Below, piece by piece: positions 9,212 through 18,320 of a DNA stretch of 64,000 bases. The position numbers and the translations under genes were made by a program. The notes beneath the pieces were generated by a model. That model had not been told where the DNA came from and did no database searches. It saw only the letters and a list, made by a program, of their open reading frames with translations. How positions within the stretch are numbered: position 1 is the stretch's first letter; every line of letters begins with the position of its first letter. The DNA is from a virus. The stretch covers positions 29,533 through 93,532 of IMG/VR virus record IMGVR_UViG_3300044712_000340; one strand, given 5' to 3'.

Positions 9212-10227
9212 AAGAAGAAAATATAGGAGTGATTGGTACACTTAAAATAAGTAAAAGATTACAAAAGATAATAGATTATCTTCATTATAAAATAGGATCT
9301 GTAGAGTGGTCAGGAGTTTTATACTATAAATTAACTAAAGGTAATTTAGAGGATTTAGAAGATTTAGAATTTGAGGCTACTTTTATGTATCCTATGAATA
9401 TAGGATCTTCAACATATACTGAGTTTGATTACAATGGAGAACTAGTATCTGCTTATGATATATTTGAGGAAGGACTTGAGCAATCTACATCTCTCATACA
9501 TACACATCATTCTATGGGAGCATTTCATTCTGGTACAGATTTAAAAGAACTTACAGATAATGCAGATAAATATAATTATTATCTATCATTAGTAGTAAAT
9601 TTCTCACATACTTATTGTGCTAAATTAGCTATTCCTTCTACTGAAATTGTAAATTATACCTCATATATTAAAAATCAAGAAGGTAAATTGGTTAATTTTC
9701 ATGGAGAAAGAGAAGAGAAGATACTCCTTATAGGTGATTTAAATATTGTATTTGAAGAAGAAGTAACTAATGAATCTTGGCTAGATGAGAGAATAAAAAC
9801 ACTACAAGAAAAGTCTAAAGAACAAAAAATTAGATTTAAAGATGCTAATGTTTTTGATATAGGTCTACCTAACTTTGGTTTTGATAGATTTAAAGAAAAT
9901 CTAAAAAGTTCTATAAGTGCTACTACAGAAGTAACTACAGATAAATTTCTAGCTTCTTTACTTTCTTTAAATGAAAAGATTACAGATAGTTTTGAAGCTA
10001 TTCTTAAATTGCATTTAGATGCTACAGAAGAAGAATTAGATATACTTGAAGAGGCATTAGAGTCTAATTACGAAATTATACATGAGAATTTGTATGGTAT
10101 GGATGCTGATATAAGAAGTGACTCTATAAATGCTTTACATGAGTTGAATAAATATCTCTCTAAGTATGGAAAGTATAAAATATTTGATGTTTTAGATTTA
10201 ATACTATCTAGCTATGTCGCAATTTAA
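9208..10227 (+). CDS. JAB/MPN+ (JAMM) metalloprotease
   Basis: VEWSG glutamate plus IHTHHSMGAFHSGTD (HxH-x7-S-x2-D). Confidence 0.85.
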   Translation: MKEENIGVIGTLKISKRLQKIIDYLHYKIGSVEWSGVLYYKLTKGNLEDLEDLEFEATFMYPMNIGSSTYTEFDYNGELVSAYDIFEEGLEQSTSLIHTHHSMGAFHSGTDLKELTDNADKYNYYLSLVVNFSHTYCAKLAIPSTEIVNYTSYIKNQEGKLVNFHGEREEKILLIGDLNIVFEEEVTNESWLDERIKTLQEKSKEQKIRFKDANVFDIGLPNFGFDRFKENLKSSISATTEVTTDKFLASLLSLNEKITDSFEAILKLHLDATEEELDILEEALESNYEIIHENLYGMDADIRSDSINALHELNKYLSKYGKYKIFDVLDLILSSYVAI

Positions 10228-10873
10228 TGATAGATTTAAAGACGCTCCTTGGTACAATCAAAGTTGTAATGAAGAAATATTAGTTGTAGGAGCAGGAGGT
10301 ATAGGCTCTAATTTTGTTTATTGCTTGGGTAAATCTACTTTAATGAGAATATTTTTAATGGATTCAGATAAAGTAGAATATCACAATGTAGGTACACAGT
10401 TTTTCACAAAAGAAGATGTAGGGAGTAATAAAGTACGGGCAATGTATGAATACATGAGTAAATGTAATAGGTACATTGGTACGATACAAAGAAGGTATGA
10501 TAGCTCATTTTCTCCAATTATGGTAGCTGCTGTAGATAACATGAAAACTAGAAAAGAGATATTCGATGCATGGAGGCAAAAAGAAAATAGAGAGCTATTA
10601 CTTGATGGTAGATTGCGTGCAAATTATTATGAAATTTATGCTGTTATTTCAGGTAAGGAAGATGAATATGAAAAAACATTATTCTTAGATTCAGAAGTAG
10701 ACTCAGGGCCTTGTACATTTAAGCAAACAGCTTATTTTGGTATGTTGATAGGAGCTAGAATGACACAAATAATAGTTAATTACTTAACTAATAAGTATTC
10801 AGAAGAACCTATTTGTAATGTACCATTTAAAGTCAGTGAATTTGGTGAACCTTTTAGTATAGAAATATTATGA
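10214..10873 (+). CDS. ThiF/MoeB/E1-family adenylyltransferase
   Basis: VVGAGGIGS, DSDKVEYHNVGTQ, AVDNMKTR, LDGR; candidate catalytic Cys167 in GPCT. Confidence 0.88.
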   Translation: MSQFNDRFKDAPWYNQSCNEEILVVGAGGIGSNFVYCLGKSTLMRIFLMDSDKVEYHNVGTQFFTKEDVGSNKVRAMYEYMSKCNRYIGTIQRRYDSSFSPIMVAAVDNMKTRKEIFDAWRQKENRELLLDGRLRANYYEIYAVISGKEDEYEKTLFLDSEVDSGPCTFKQTAYFGMLIGARMTQIIVNYLTNKYSEEPICNVPFKVSEFGEPFSIEIL

Positions 10874-11370
10874 TTTTAAAAAGAAATGATAAGATTTTAC
10901 CATTGATTTTTACTTTGCCTGAGTATGAGAATTCTAAGTATATAGACCTAGTGTTTCCAACTTATTGTTCTACTGTGTATAAAGAATCAGCATATAATTT
11001 TGTTACTGATAATAATCATGGGTATGTACATAGAACAAGGTATAATGAGTACTATAAGACTTTCTATTTAGGAATAATAGATAAAAAAGAAGAAAGTATA
11101 ATTTCAATGTTAGTAAAGTACAATAATGAAAATTATTTATTATTATGTAAAGATTTTGCAGAAAAAAACACAAGTGCTACAAGAAAAATAAAGAAAAGCG
11201 CAGTAGAAACATATAACATAGATGTAAAAAAGAAATTAATACTAGCTGAAGAAAGCGAATTATATGAATATTATTTAAAACTTATAAGTCCTACATTTGA
11301 AGATTATAAACAAGAGAATAAAGTAAAATTAGCTAAAGAATTTATAGAATGGAAGAAAAACAACGATTAG
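10870..11370 (+). CDS. hypothetical protein coupled to E1 gene
   Basis: 166 aa, ATGA overlap. Confidence 0.6.
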   Translation: MILKRNDKILPLIFTLPEYENSKYIDLVFPTYCSTVYKESAYNFVTDNNHGYVHRTRYNEYYKTFYLGIIDKKEESIISMLVKYNNENYLLLCKDFAEKNTSATRKIKKSAVETYNIDVKKKLILAEESELYEYYLKLISPTFEDYKQENKVKLAKEFIEWKKNND

Positions 11371-12152
11371 CTTTAATAGATTTAGATACTTTAATTTATA
11401 TTGTGGCTTATAATCAACACAAGAATGGTAATAGAGACAATTCTGCACTAGTAAAACTACATGTAAAGGAATTTATATCTACCATTCTTGTAAGGTGTAG
11501 AGCTAACTTAGTTTCTATGGTTTATCAAGACAAAGGACACAGTAACTTTAGAAAGTATTTTTATCCTGATTATAAAGCTAATAGACCAGAAGCTCCTGAA
11601 TTTATAGTATTATGGAAAGATACTATAATAGAGATTTTCTCAGAAATAGGGGCTGTAGGTGTCAAAGTAATAGAATCAGATGATGTATTAAATATAGGGT
11701 ACAATAGATTTAAAAATGAATATGATTTAATAATAGTTTCAGGGGATAAAGATTTAAATCAAATACCAGGTGAACATTACAATCCTAGAGAAAACAAAAG
11801 TTATGTTGTTAGTAACAAGGAGGCATTGTATAATCTTAGTTTACAGTTACTTATGGGGGATTCTACAGATAATGTGAAAGCTATCCCTAAAATGGGAACT
11901 AAAATATCCTCTAAACTTTTAAATGAAGTATTAGGAAATACTGATTTAACTTTTTCTTTTATAGGTATTTGTTATGATCAGTATAGAAAAGCTTTTGGAG
12001 ATATTTGGTATTCTGAGTATTTAAAAACTAAGTTTTTAGTGACAATGTTACCTGAAATAGATTATAATTCTTATCCATTTAATCAAGAAGTATCTGAATT
12101 ATTTAATATAATACCTTGTTCTAATTTAATAGTAACTAGTGTATTTATGTAA
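11349..12152 (+). CDS. 5'-3' exonuclease / flap endonuclease (PIN-like, T5/T7 type)
   Basis: IDLD, YPDYKANR, ESDD, SGDKDLNQIPG, GDSTDN. Confidence 0.88.
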   Translation: MEEKQRLALIDLDTLIYIVAYNQHKNGNRDNSALVKLHVKEFISTILVRCRANLVSMVYQDKGHSNFRKYFYPDYKANRPEAPEFIVLWKDTIIEIFSEIGAVGVKVIESDDVLNIGYNRFKNEYDLIIVSGDKDLNQIPGEHYNPRENKSYVVSNKEALYNLSLQLLMGDSTDNVKAIPKMGTKISSKLLNEVLGNTDLTFSFIGICYDQYRKAFGDIWYSEYLKTKFLVTMLPEIDYNSYPFNQEVSELFNIIPCSNLIVTSVFM

Positions 12153-12155
12153 TTT

Positions 12156-12641
12156 ATGACGAGAAATGATAAAATATTAAAAGTTTATGTGTTGCCTTTA
12201 TATGGAATAGAAACTTCTGATAAAGATGTGGAAAAGATCTACCTTAATAAAGATGGAAGTTATCTATTCTTACAATTAAAAGAGTTAAGCCCTAAGTTAG
12301 AATCTAACCTACTCTATTCGGGAGTATTTGAATATTGTAATAAAGAATTTTATATGTTTAAAACTTCTATAGCTTATGCCAAAGATATAATAAAGATAAT
12401 TAAAGGAGAGTATAGTAAGTTAAGTAAAAATGCTAAAAATACTATAATTCAATTGAGTGGTTTACCTTATATGAAGAAACAAGGTAAAGAAACAATAACT
12501 CACTCTTTTTTATTAGCTTTGTTAAAACACAAAAAGTATAAGAAAATACTAGAAGATAGACTAGGTGTAGAATTACAAGAAGAGAATGAACTTATGGATA
12601 AACTAACAAAAGAAACGTTTATTGATAATTTAATAACTTAA
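12156..12641 (+). CDS. hypothetical protein
   Basis: 161 aa; 'GEYSKLS' motif. Confidence 0.65.
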   Translation: MTRNDKILKVYVLPLYGIETSDKDVEKIYLNKDGSYLFLQLKELSPKLESNLLYSGVFEYCNKEFYMFKTSIAYAKDIIKIIKGEYSKLSKNAKNTIIQLSGLPYMKKQGKETITHSFLLALLKHKKYKKILEDRLGVELQEENELMDKLTKETFIDNLIT

Positions 12642-12644
12642 AAT

Positions 12645-12887
12645 ATGGGAAAATATAATATAAGAGATGAAGTATACTTCATGGAATGTGATGTAGCTAG
12701 AAAAGGTAAGATAACTGGAATAATTACATACGAGGGGCATATTAAAACCATGAGTTTTGATGATAAAGTACCTGAAGGACAGATTGTAATTAATTATGTA
12801 ATAGATTGTTATACTACAAGAAGAGAAGAAGCTTTGTATAATTCTGTTTTAGAGTTACAATCTAGTGTTTTTAAGAATTTAAAATAA
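12645..12887 (+). CDS. hypothetical protein (small beta-barrel-like)
   Basis: KYNIRDEVYF start pattern. Confidence 0.6.
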   Translation: MGKYNIRDEVYFMECDVARKGKITGIITYEGHIKTMSFDDKVPEGQIVINYVIDCYTTRREEALYNSVLELQSSVFKNLK

Positions 12888-12890
12888 CAT

Positions 12891-12914
12891 AGAAGTCCTG
12901 AAAAGGACTTCTTT
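12891..12914 (+). terminator. intrinsic terminator, GAAA tetraloop
   Basis: AGAAGTCCT-GAAA-AGGACTTCT-TT. Confidence 0.7.
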
Positions 12915-12925
12915 AATGTAAATAT

Positions 12926-13429
12926 ATGAGTAATAGAAATAAACAAGTAGGCTCAAATTTAGAACGCAAGTTGTTCCAGCTTATTAATAGAAGAACAATA
13001 GCATCACAACAAGGGGTAGAATTAACAGAAAAGGAATTATCTAATAAAGATTTAGAGGCTATACCAGAAAGTAATTTTGTATTATTTCCTAAATTAGGGT
13101 CTACAAGAAAGTTGAGTAGAAGTATGGATGCTAAAAAGAAAGATATTACTCCTGAGAACATGGATAGATTACATGACTTTCCTTATATATTACAAGCTAA
13201 AAGTTTAGCTGTAAGTGCTGCTCCTTATGCCAAATTATTAGCAGAAGTTAAAGAAAATAATAAATGGGGAATACCTGTAGTTATTCATGAGCAAACTAAA
13301 AAACAAGGAAGTAGATTTGTAAAGCAAGATGATTTTGCTATAATGTATCGTAAAGATTTTATTGATATGATATTTAAAATAGCTGAGTTAGAATTTGAGT
13401 TAAAACAAAAAGAACATTTTGAAAAATGA
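12926..13429 (+). CDS. Holliday-junction-resolvase-like PD-(D/E)xK nuclease
   Basis: NKQVGSNLER, SRSMDAKKKDI, ILQAK, PVVIH. Confidence 0.6.
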   Translation: MSNRNKQVGSNLERKLFQLINRRTIASQQGVELTEKELSNKDLEAIPESNFVLFPKLGSTRKLSRSMDAKKKDITPENMDRLHDFPYILQAKSLAVSAAPYAKLLAEVKENNKWGIPVVIHEQTKKQGSRFVKQDDFAIMYRKDFIDMIFKIAELEFELKQKEHFEK

Positions 13430-13947
13430 GTAGTACAGGTAGAGGGGGAGTTAAATTAGACCAAGATAAATATTATACACCTATTTGGTGTGTAGAAAAA
13501 CTTATATCTAAGATACATATTACTGAAATAAAATCTTTCTTAGAACCTTGTAAAGGAGATGGTAGAATACTTACTTATATACCCACAGATATTACTAGAG
13601 ATTGGTGTGAATTAAGTGATGATAAAGACTATTTAACTTTTATTCCTTCAATGGAGTATGATTTGATTATTACCAATCCTCCTTTTAGTTTATCCATAGA
13701 GTTTTTAACTAAATCTTTAAAGGAGGCTAAAACAGTTTGTTATTTACAAAGATTGAATTGGTTAGGTAGTAAAACTAGAAAAGATTTTTGGAATACTAAT
13801 ACTCCAGACAAGTTATTTATATTGTCACAAAGACCTCAGTTTATGAAAGAAATGGGATTAAAGTCTGGAAGTGATAGTACAGAATATGCTTGGTTTATAT
13901 GGGATAAATTAGGAATTGTAAATGGTAAACATATAGAAATATTATAA
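13426..13947 (+). CDS. orphan amino (N6-adenine-type) DNA methyltransferase
   Basis: DKYYTP, LEPCKGDG (SAM binding), ITNPPF (motif IV), EYAWFIW. Confidence 0.85.
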   Translation: MSSTGRGGVKLDQDKYYTPIWCVEKLISKIHITEIKSFLEPCKGDGRILTYIPTDITRDWCELSDDKDYLTFIPSMEYDLIITNPPFSLSIEFLTKSLKEAKTVCYLQRLNWLGSKTRKDFWNTNTPDKLFILSQRPQFMKEMGLKSGSDSTEYAWFIWDKLGIVNGKHIEIL

Positions 13948-13949
13948 CA

Positions 13950-14621
13950 ATGAATAAATTAAGAATAACAACAGGTAATGGATGGTATAAAAAATCAATA
14001 GGGCAGGTATTTCCTGTTTTAGATTTTAACAGAACAGACGGTTATTTAGTAGATATTGATGGAGAAGAGGGTTTAATGTTTTATGTTAAACCTTCTGATT
14101 GTGAAGTAGTAGAAGAATCTAATTTACCTATAAGTGGTAAAAAAGTTAAATTTGATGATACACAAGAACTTCTTATTAAGTTAATACCAAATAGTGAAGG
14201 TAAATGCGTGGATTTTCCTGTTAAACTAGAGCAAGGAGATTGGATTGATTTAAGGGCTTGCGTTAATGCTGAAAAGTATATAAAATATCAAACAAGTGTT
14301 CCGTTTACTGTGTCTCTAGGTATATCTTGTAAATTACCTGAAGGTTATGAGGCCATTATAGCACCTAGAAGCTCCCTATTTAAAAAACAAGGGTTAACTT
14401 TAGTTAATTCCATTGGAATAATTGATTCTAGTTACTGTGGAAATGATGATATATGGATGGCAGTATTTATGCCACATAGAGATGGTTTATTATCTTTTAA
14501 TGAAAGAATTTGCCAGTTTAGGATACAGAAGAATCAACCTACTTTAAAACTTACTCAAGTAGATAACTTAGAAGGAATTAATAGAGGAGGATTTGGTGAA
14601 GGAACTAAAAATGAGAAATGA
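13950..14621 (+). CDS. dut: trimeric dUTPase with N-terminal extension
   Basis: WIDL, PRSS, GIIDSSYCG, ERICQ, RGGFG. Confidence 0.9.
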   Translation: MNKLRITTGNGWYKKSIGQVFPVLDFNRTDGYLVDIDGEEGLMFYVKPSDCEVVEESNLPISGKKVKFDDTQELLIKLIPNSEGKCVDFPVKLEQGDWIDLRACVNAEKYIKYQTSVPFTVSLGISCKLPEGYEAIIAPRSSLFKKQGLTLVNSIGIIDSSYCGNDDIWMAVFMPHRDGLLSFNERICQFRIQKNQPTLKLTQVDNLEGINRGGFGEGTKNEK

Positions 14622-16519
14622 TGGAAAAATTTAAAGTAGGAGATTGGGTTATAGATGATAGCGCAAACAAACCAGAAGCTAGAAAAATAATACAAATAGA
14701 AGGAAAAGCTTTATTTATAACTAGTGCTAGCTGTTTTTATTCTTCTAATGATTTTTTGAGATTAGCAACACCAGAAGAAATAGCTAAAGTTGCTGAAGAA
14801 TTTGTTTTGCCTGCGAAATGGTGTATTAAAGTAACGGAAGAGAATAAAAATATTATTTGGAAATGGGCAGAATTTACTTTCTCTTGTAATACAGCGAGTC
14901 ATAGATATGTTTCCAGTGATAAAACACATTTTGGTGGACAATACGGTACTTACGATTATACAGAAATCACATTTGACCAATTTAAGAAGTATGTTTTAAA
15001 AGAAAAAGTAATTGATAAAGAAGAGTTATTAAGAGAAGCACGTAAAAGATACCCAGTTGGAACTAAATTTGATAATCATAACTTAGGGTACACTTGTACA
15101 CAAACAATAATTAAACAAGATTTTTATGTGTTAGATGATTTATCTGAAGTATCAGCTAACAAAGACTCAACAGATGGTACAGGATCTTATACTATTTATA
15201 AAAATGATAAATGGGCTAAAATAGTACAAGATACTTTAGGAGTAGAAGATTTGGTTGAAAATGAGATTTATGTAACTTCTTATCCAAATCAAGGTAATTA
15301 TATATTTAAGTATCAATCTAGGGGTTATGAACCCTGGATTAATGATAAATCAAAATTGTATCATTTAAATTATTCTAATATAAGACCTATAAATGGTTTT
15401 ACTGAATTTAAAGTAGCTCAATTCTCTGACAGACAGTGGCTTGAAAAATGTATTGAAGCAGATAAATTTATACCTAAAGAAGAAGCATTAAAAAGTAAAG
15501 AAATGAAATTTGAAGTTGGAAAGTGGTATAAATGCTCTTGCAATAACAATTTTTATAGATATAAGTCTCATACAAAAGATAAATTCATTAACGATGCTGT
15601 AATAAATTTTTATGACTCTCAAGAAAATGGTGTAGGGTATATTGAAAGATTAAAAACAGATACCTGTTTAGAGTATTTTAATCCTGATGCAATATGTTCT
15701 GATTCTGAAATAAAGTCATATTTACCTACAAATTATAACAATACTGTATCTAACGAATGGTGGAAAACACTTAAAAAAGGAGATGTTGTTAGATGTATTG
15801 CTAATCCTGGTAAAGTAGTATCAAGAAAGGTAGGTCAAGAGTATATAGTACAAGAAGATTTCAAGGGTTCTATAGAGTACACTTATTATCATGCTAGTAC
15901 TGATTTTGAAGATTGGAAACTTGTAAAAAGAGCTAATGAAGTAGAAAAATGGAGTGTTGGGACTTACGTTGTATTTAAAATTAAAAAACTAAATCATAGT
16001 AAAGGTGAAATTGGTAGAATAGTAAGTAAAGATACAACTACATTTGATTTAGAGGATGAAAAAAGAATAGGTTATACTAGTGCTTATGCAGAAGATTTAG
16101 AATGGTTTCCAAATCTACAAGAAGCACAAGCATTTGCAAAGTCCTTAGTTAAAGAAGAAAAGTATAAAATAGATGATGCTACTTGCCATGAATGCAATGG
16201 AGAAGGTAAAGTAATGGTTGCCAAATTGTATCCTTCAGGACATACAGAAGTATGGGAAACTTGTGAAACTTGCAGTGGAGAAGGTTATATAGAAGAAGAG
16301 AAAGAACATGAAAAGCACGATTTTAAACAAGCTAGTGATGTAAGTGCCTGGTTACATGGAGAAGAGTATGTAAAGAAATTTAATTGGAACGGATTAACAA
16401 TTAAGAGTCATTTATCTTCTATATTTACTAAAGAAATTGATGATGATAAAGTACAATTACCTAAATTTGTACTTAATAAAGATTACACAAATTATTTTGA
16501 AAAAGAATTAGAAAATTAA
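14618..16519 (+). CDS. modular repeat protein with C-terminal DnaJ-type zinc finger
   Basis: Repeated FKVGDWV/YPVGTKF/FEVGKWY/LKKGDVV/WSVGTYV; CHECNGEG and CETCSGEG. Confidence 0.6.
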   Translation: MMEKFKVGDWVIDDSANKPEARKIIQIEGKALFITSASCFYSSNDFLRLATPEEIAKVAEEFVLPAKWCIKVTEENKNIIWKWAEFTFSCNTASHRYVSSDKTHFGGQYGTYDYTEITFDQFKKYVLKEKVIDKEELLREARKRYPVGTKFDNHNLGYTCTQTIIKQDFYVLDDLSEVSANKDSTDGTGSYTIYKNDKWAKIVQDTLGVEDLVENEIYVTSYPNQGNYIFKYQSRGYEPWINDKSKLYHLNYSNIRPINGFTEFKVAQFSDRQWLEKCIEADKFIPKEEALKSKEMKFEVGKWYKCSCNNNFYRYKSHTKDKFINDAVINFYDSQENGVGYIERLKTDTCLEYFNPDAICSDSEIKSYLPTNYNNTVSNEWWKTLKKGDVVRCIANPGKVVSRKVGQEYIVQEDFKGSIEYTYYHASTDFEDWKLVKRANEVEKWSVGTYVVFKIKKLNHSKGEIGRIVSKDTTTFDLEDEKRIGYTSAYAEDLEWFPNLQEAQAFAKSLVKEEKYKIDDATCHECNGEGKVMVAKLYPSGHTEVWETCETCSGEGYIEEEKEHEKHDFKQASDVSAWLHGEEYVKKFNWNGLTIKSHLSSIFTKEIDDDKVQLPKFVLNKDYTNYFEKELEN

Positions 16520-16544
16520 TTATTAACTATTTAAATTTAAAAGT

Positions 16545-17009
16545 ATGGCAAGATATGCTAAAGTAACAAAGAACAATGTAAGTGATGTTAAATTAACATT
16601 TGGTAAAAGAGTAGCAGAGTTTAAAAATGTAACTACAGAAGAAAATGTAGATATGTTTGGAGCAAAAGTAATAGCAGAATGGAGTAAACAAATCAGAATT
16701 AGAGAGACTAAACTTAATTCTATGGAAGAGGATTACAACAATGCTATGATTGATCATAATCAAAAACTTGATGAGTATAAACAAGCTTATGAAAATTCAT
16801 TCTTGGATATTGATGAAAAAAGGGTTGATTCTGTTGATAAAAGAAGTTCTTATCTATCCACTTATGAAGCTCAAATCAACCAAGCTTTACAGAATTATGA
16901 AACTTACAAGAAAGCTGTTAGTAATTTTGGTTTGGATTATGTTGCTGAAGTAGCTAAAATAGGAGCTAAAATCAATTTTTATAAAGATTGTTTAGCTAAA
17001 ATTAAATAG
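16545..17009 (+). CDS. coiled-coil hypothetical protein
   Basis: 154 aa, helical; A-rich leader; followed by terminator. Confidence 0.65.
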   Translation: MARYAKVTKNNVSDVKLTFGKRVAEFKNVTTEENVDMFGAKVIAEWSKQIRIRETKLNSMEEDYNNAMIDHNQKLDEYKQAYENSFLDIDEKRVDSVDKRSSYLSTYEAQINQALQNYETYKKAVSNFGLDYVAEVAKIGAKINFYKDCLAKIK

Positions 17010-17013
17010 TAAT

Positions 17014-17035
17014 AAGGAGTAGCAATACTCCTTTT
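17014..17035 (+). terminator. intrinsic terminator, GCAA tetraloop
   Basis: AAGGAGTA-GCAA-TACTCCTT-TT. Confidence 0.75.
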
Positions 17036-17207
17036 AAATTTTACTTATGAAAAAAGATTCAATATATTTTGTTATTACTTATATTCTCTTGTATTTTTCT
17101 ACCTTTTATATTTATAGGAACTATCCTAATTCTTATTCAAATGTGGGGACAATGGGTTTATAAGGAGCTAAATGAAAGGATAGAATATTTTATAGATTCA
17201 GTAACAA

Positions 17208-17471
17208 ATGATAGAAATTAAACTAGTAGCACCTATAACAGAGGAAATTCCTTATATAACTGTGCCTAATCAAGAGCTTATTAAAGGTATACTAGCTATG
17301 CCTGAGAACGAATATAGAGAAGTAATTACAGGTGTATTATCTGTGGATAAATTAAATGTAAAAAGATTTATGATATTGTTTGCTTATGCTGGAAATTGTA
17401 TCAGAACTATGGAATTAGATCCAGCACAGAAGTCTGTAGTAGAAGAGTATATAAAGAATTTTAAGTTATGA
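17208..17471 (+). CDS. hypothetical protein
   Basis: 87-aa ORF. Confidence 0.6.
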   Translation: MIEIKLVAPITEEIPYITVPNQELIKGILAMPENEYREVITGVLSVDKLNVKRFMILFAYAGNCIRTMELDPAQKSVVEEYIKNFKL

Positions 17472-17701
17472 GAATACCAGAATATAAAGTAAATAAAATA
17501 CTTAAATTATATGAAGAAGGATTTAAAACTTGTACTAAGTGCAAAAGAGTTAAACCAATAGATGAATTTTATACTATTACAAAAGGAACGAGATTATTAC
17601 CTTTATCACCTAATTGTAAGCATTGTGCTAAAGTGGTTTCAAGAAAAAGGTATAAGGCATTAAAATGGATTAGAGATGTAAAGAAAAGTAAAAAGGAGTA
17701 G
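17468..17701 (+). CDS. small basic zinc-finger protein
   Basis: KTCTKCKRVKPIDEF...CKHC, as at the N-terminus of phage HNH/endoVII proteins; no nuclease domain. Confidence 0.6.
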   Translation: MRIPEYKVNKILKLYEEGFKTCTKCKRVKPIDEFYTITKGTRLLPLSPNCKHCAKVVSRKRYKALKWIRDVKKSKKE

Positions 17702-17723
17702 GTTTTGCCCTATTCCCTTTTTT
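17691..17723 (+). terminator. intrinsic terminator ending the replication block
   Basis: GGAGTAGG-TTTTGC-CCTATTCC followed by C and a T tract. Confidence 0.65.
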
Positions 17724-17740
17724 ATTTAAGGCATAAGTTG

Positions 17741-17748
17741 TATATTTG
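17741..17748 (+). promoter_or_regulatory. Bacteroidota-type -7 promoter box
   Basis: TATATTTG = TAnnTTTG, right after the terminator and 21 nt before ATG 17770. Confidence 0.55.
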
Positions 17749-17769
17749 TACAGACTAGTATATTGTGTT

Positions 17770-18303
17770 ATGGGAAGTTATGTTCAACAACTTAAAATAC
17801 TTAGAGATAAAGATAGAAACTCACTTACAAAACAAGTAGAGGAGTTTATTATTAACAGGTGTGTTAAGAAAGTTGACTTTTATCAAAATACCTCCCAATT
17901 AGATTATGTACCTAGACATGAAGCTTATATATATTATACAGAACCTAATCCACCCACAGCTACTTTAGATTTAATTTTAGGTTTAAATTTAATATTTAAT
18001 ATAAACGTAGAATCTAATATAGTTGTACCTTTAAAAGAAGTAGGTATATGTTATAATACTACAGGACATCCTACTACAAGAAATACCAGAATAAAACTAC
18101 AACCTAAGTATGGTACGCAAATATTAACTTTGGATAGTTCTTATTTTGATCTATTTCATAATTGGTATTTTAGGGTGTATGTTAAATCTTGTGTAGGTAT
18201 TATATATAGTAATCAAGAACTTATAAATAATGAAGTAGAATATATATTGGATTCTTTTGAGAATCCTATACTAGATTCATATGAAGACGCTTTAATTGAA
18301 TAA
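17770..18303 (+). CDS. hypothetical protein, first gene of tail-fibre module
   Basis: ATG 17770 preferred over TTG 17746, which lies inside the promoter box; ends LDSFENPILDSYEDALIE. Confidence 0.55.
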   Translation: MGSYVQQLKILRDKDRNSLTKQVEEFIINRCVKKVDFYQNTSQLDYVPRHEAYIYYTEPNPPTATLDLILGLNLIFNINVESNIVVPLKEVGICYNTTGHPTTRNTRIKLQPKYGTQILTLDSSYFDLFHNWYFRVYVKSCVGIIYSNQELINNEVEYILDSFENPILDSYEDALIE

Positions 18304-18320
18304 TTATAAAAATATATACA

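Noticed and set aside
10214-10873. ThiF as a thiamine/molybdopterin biosynthesis gene or microcin maturase
   Set aside because: No ThiS/ThiG/MoaD/MoaE or precursor peptide/transporter nearby; neighbours are JAB and E2-like
13426-13947. Restriction-modification system with the upstream PD-(D/E)xK nuclease
   Set aside because: The nuclease looks like a phage Holliday-junction resolvase, and orphan methyltransferases are common in phages
17468-17701. HNH homing endonuclease
   Set aside because: Only the zinc-finger part is present; no HNH or endoVII catalytic motif
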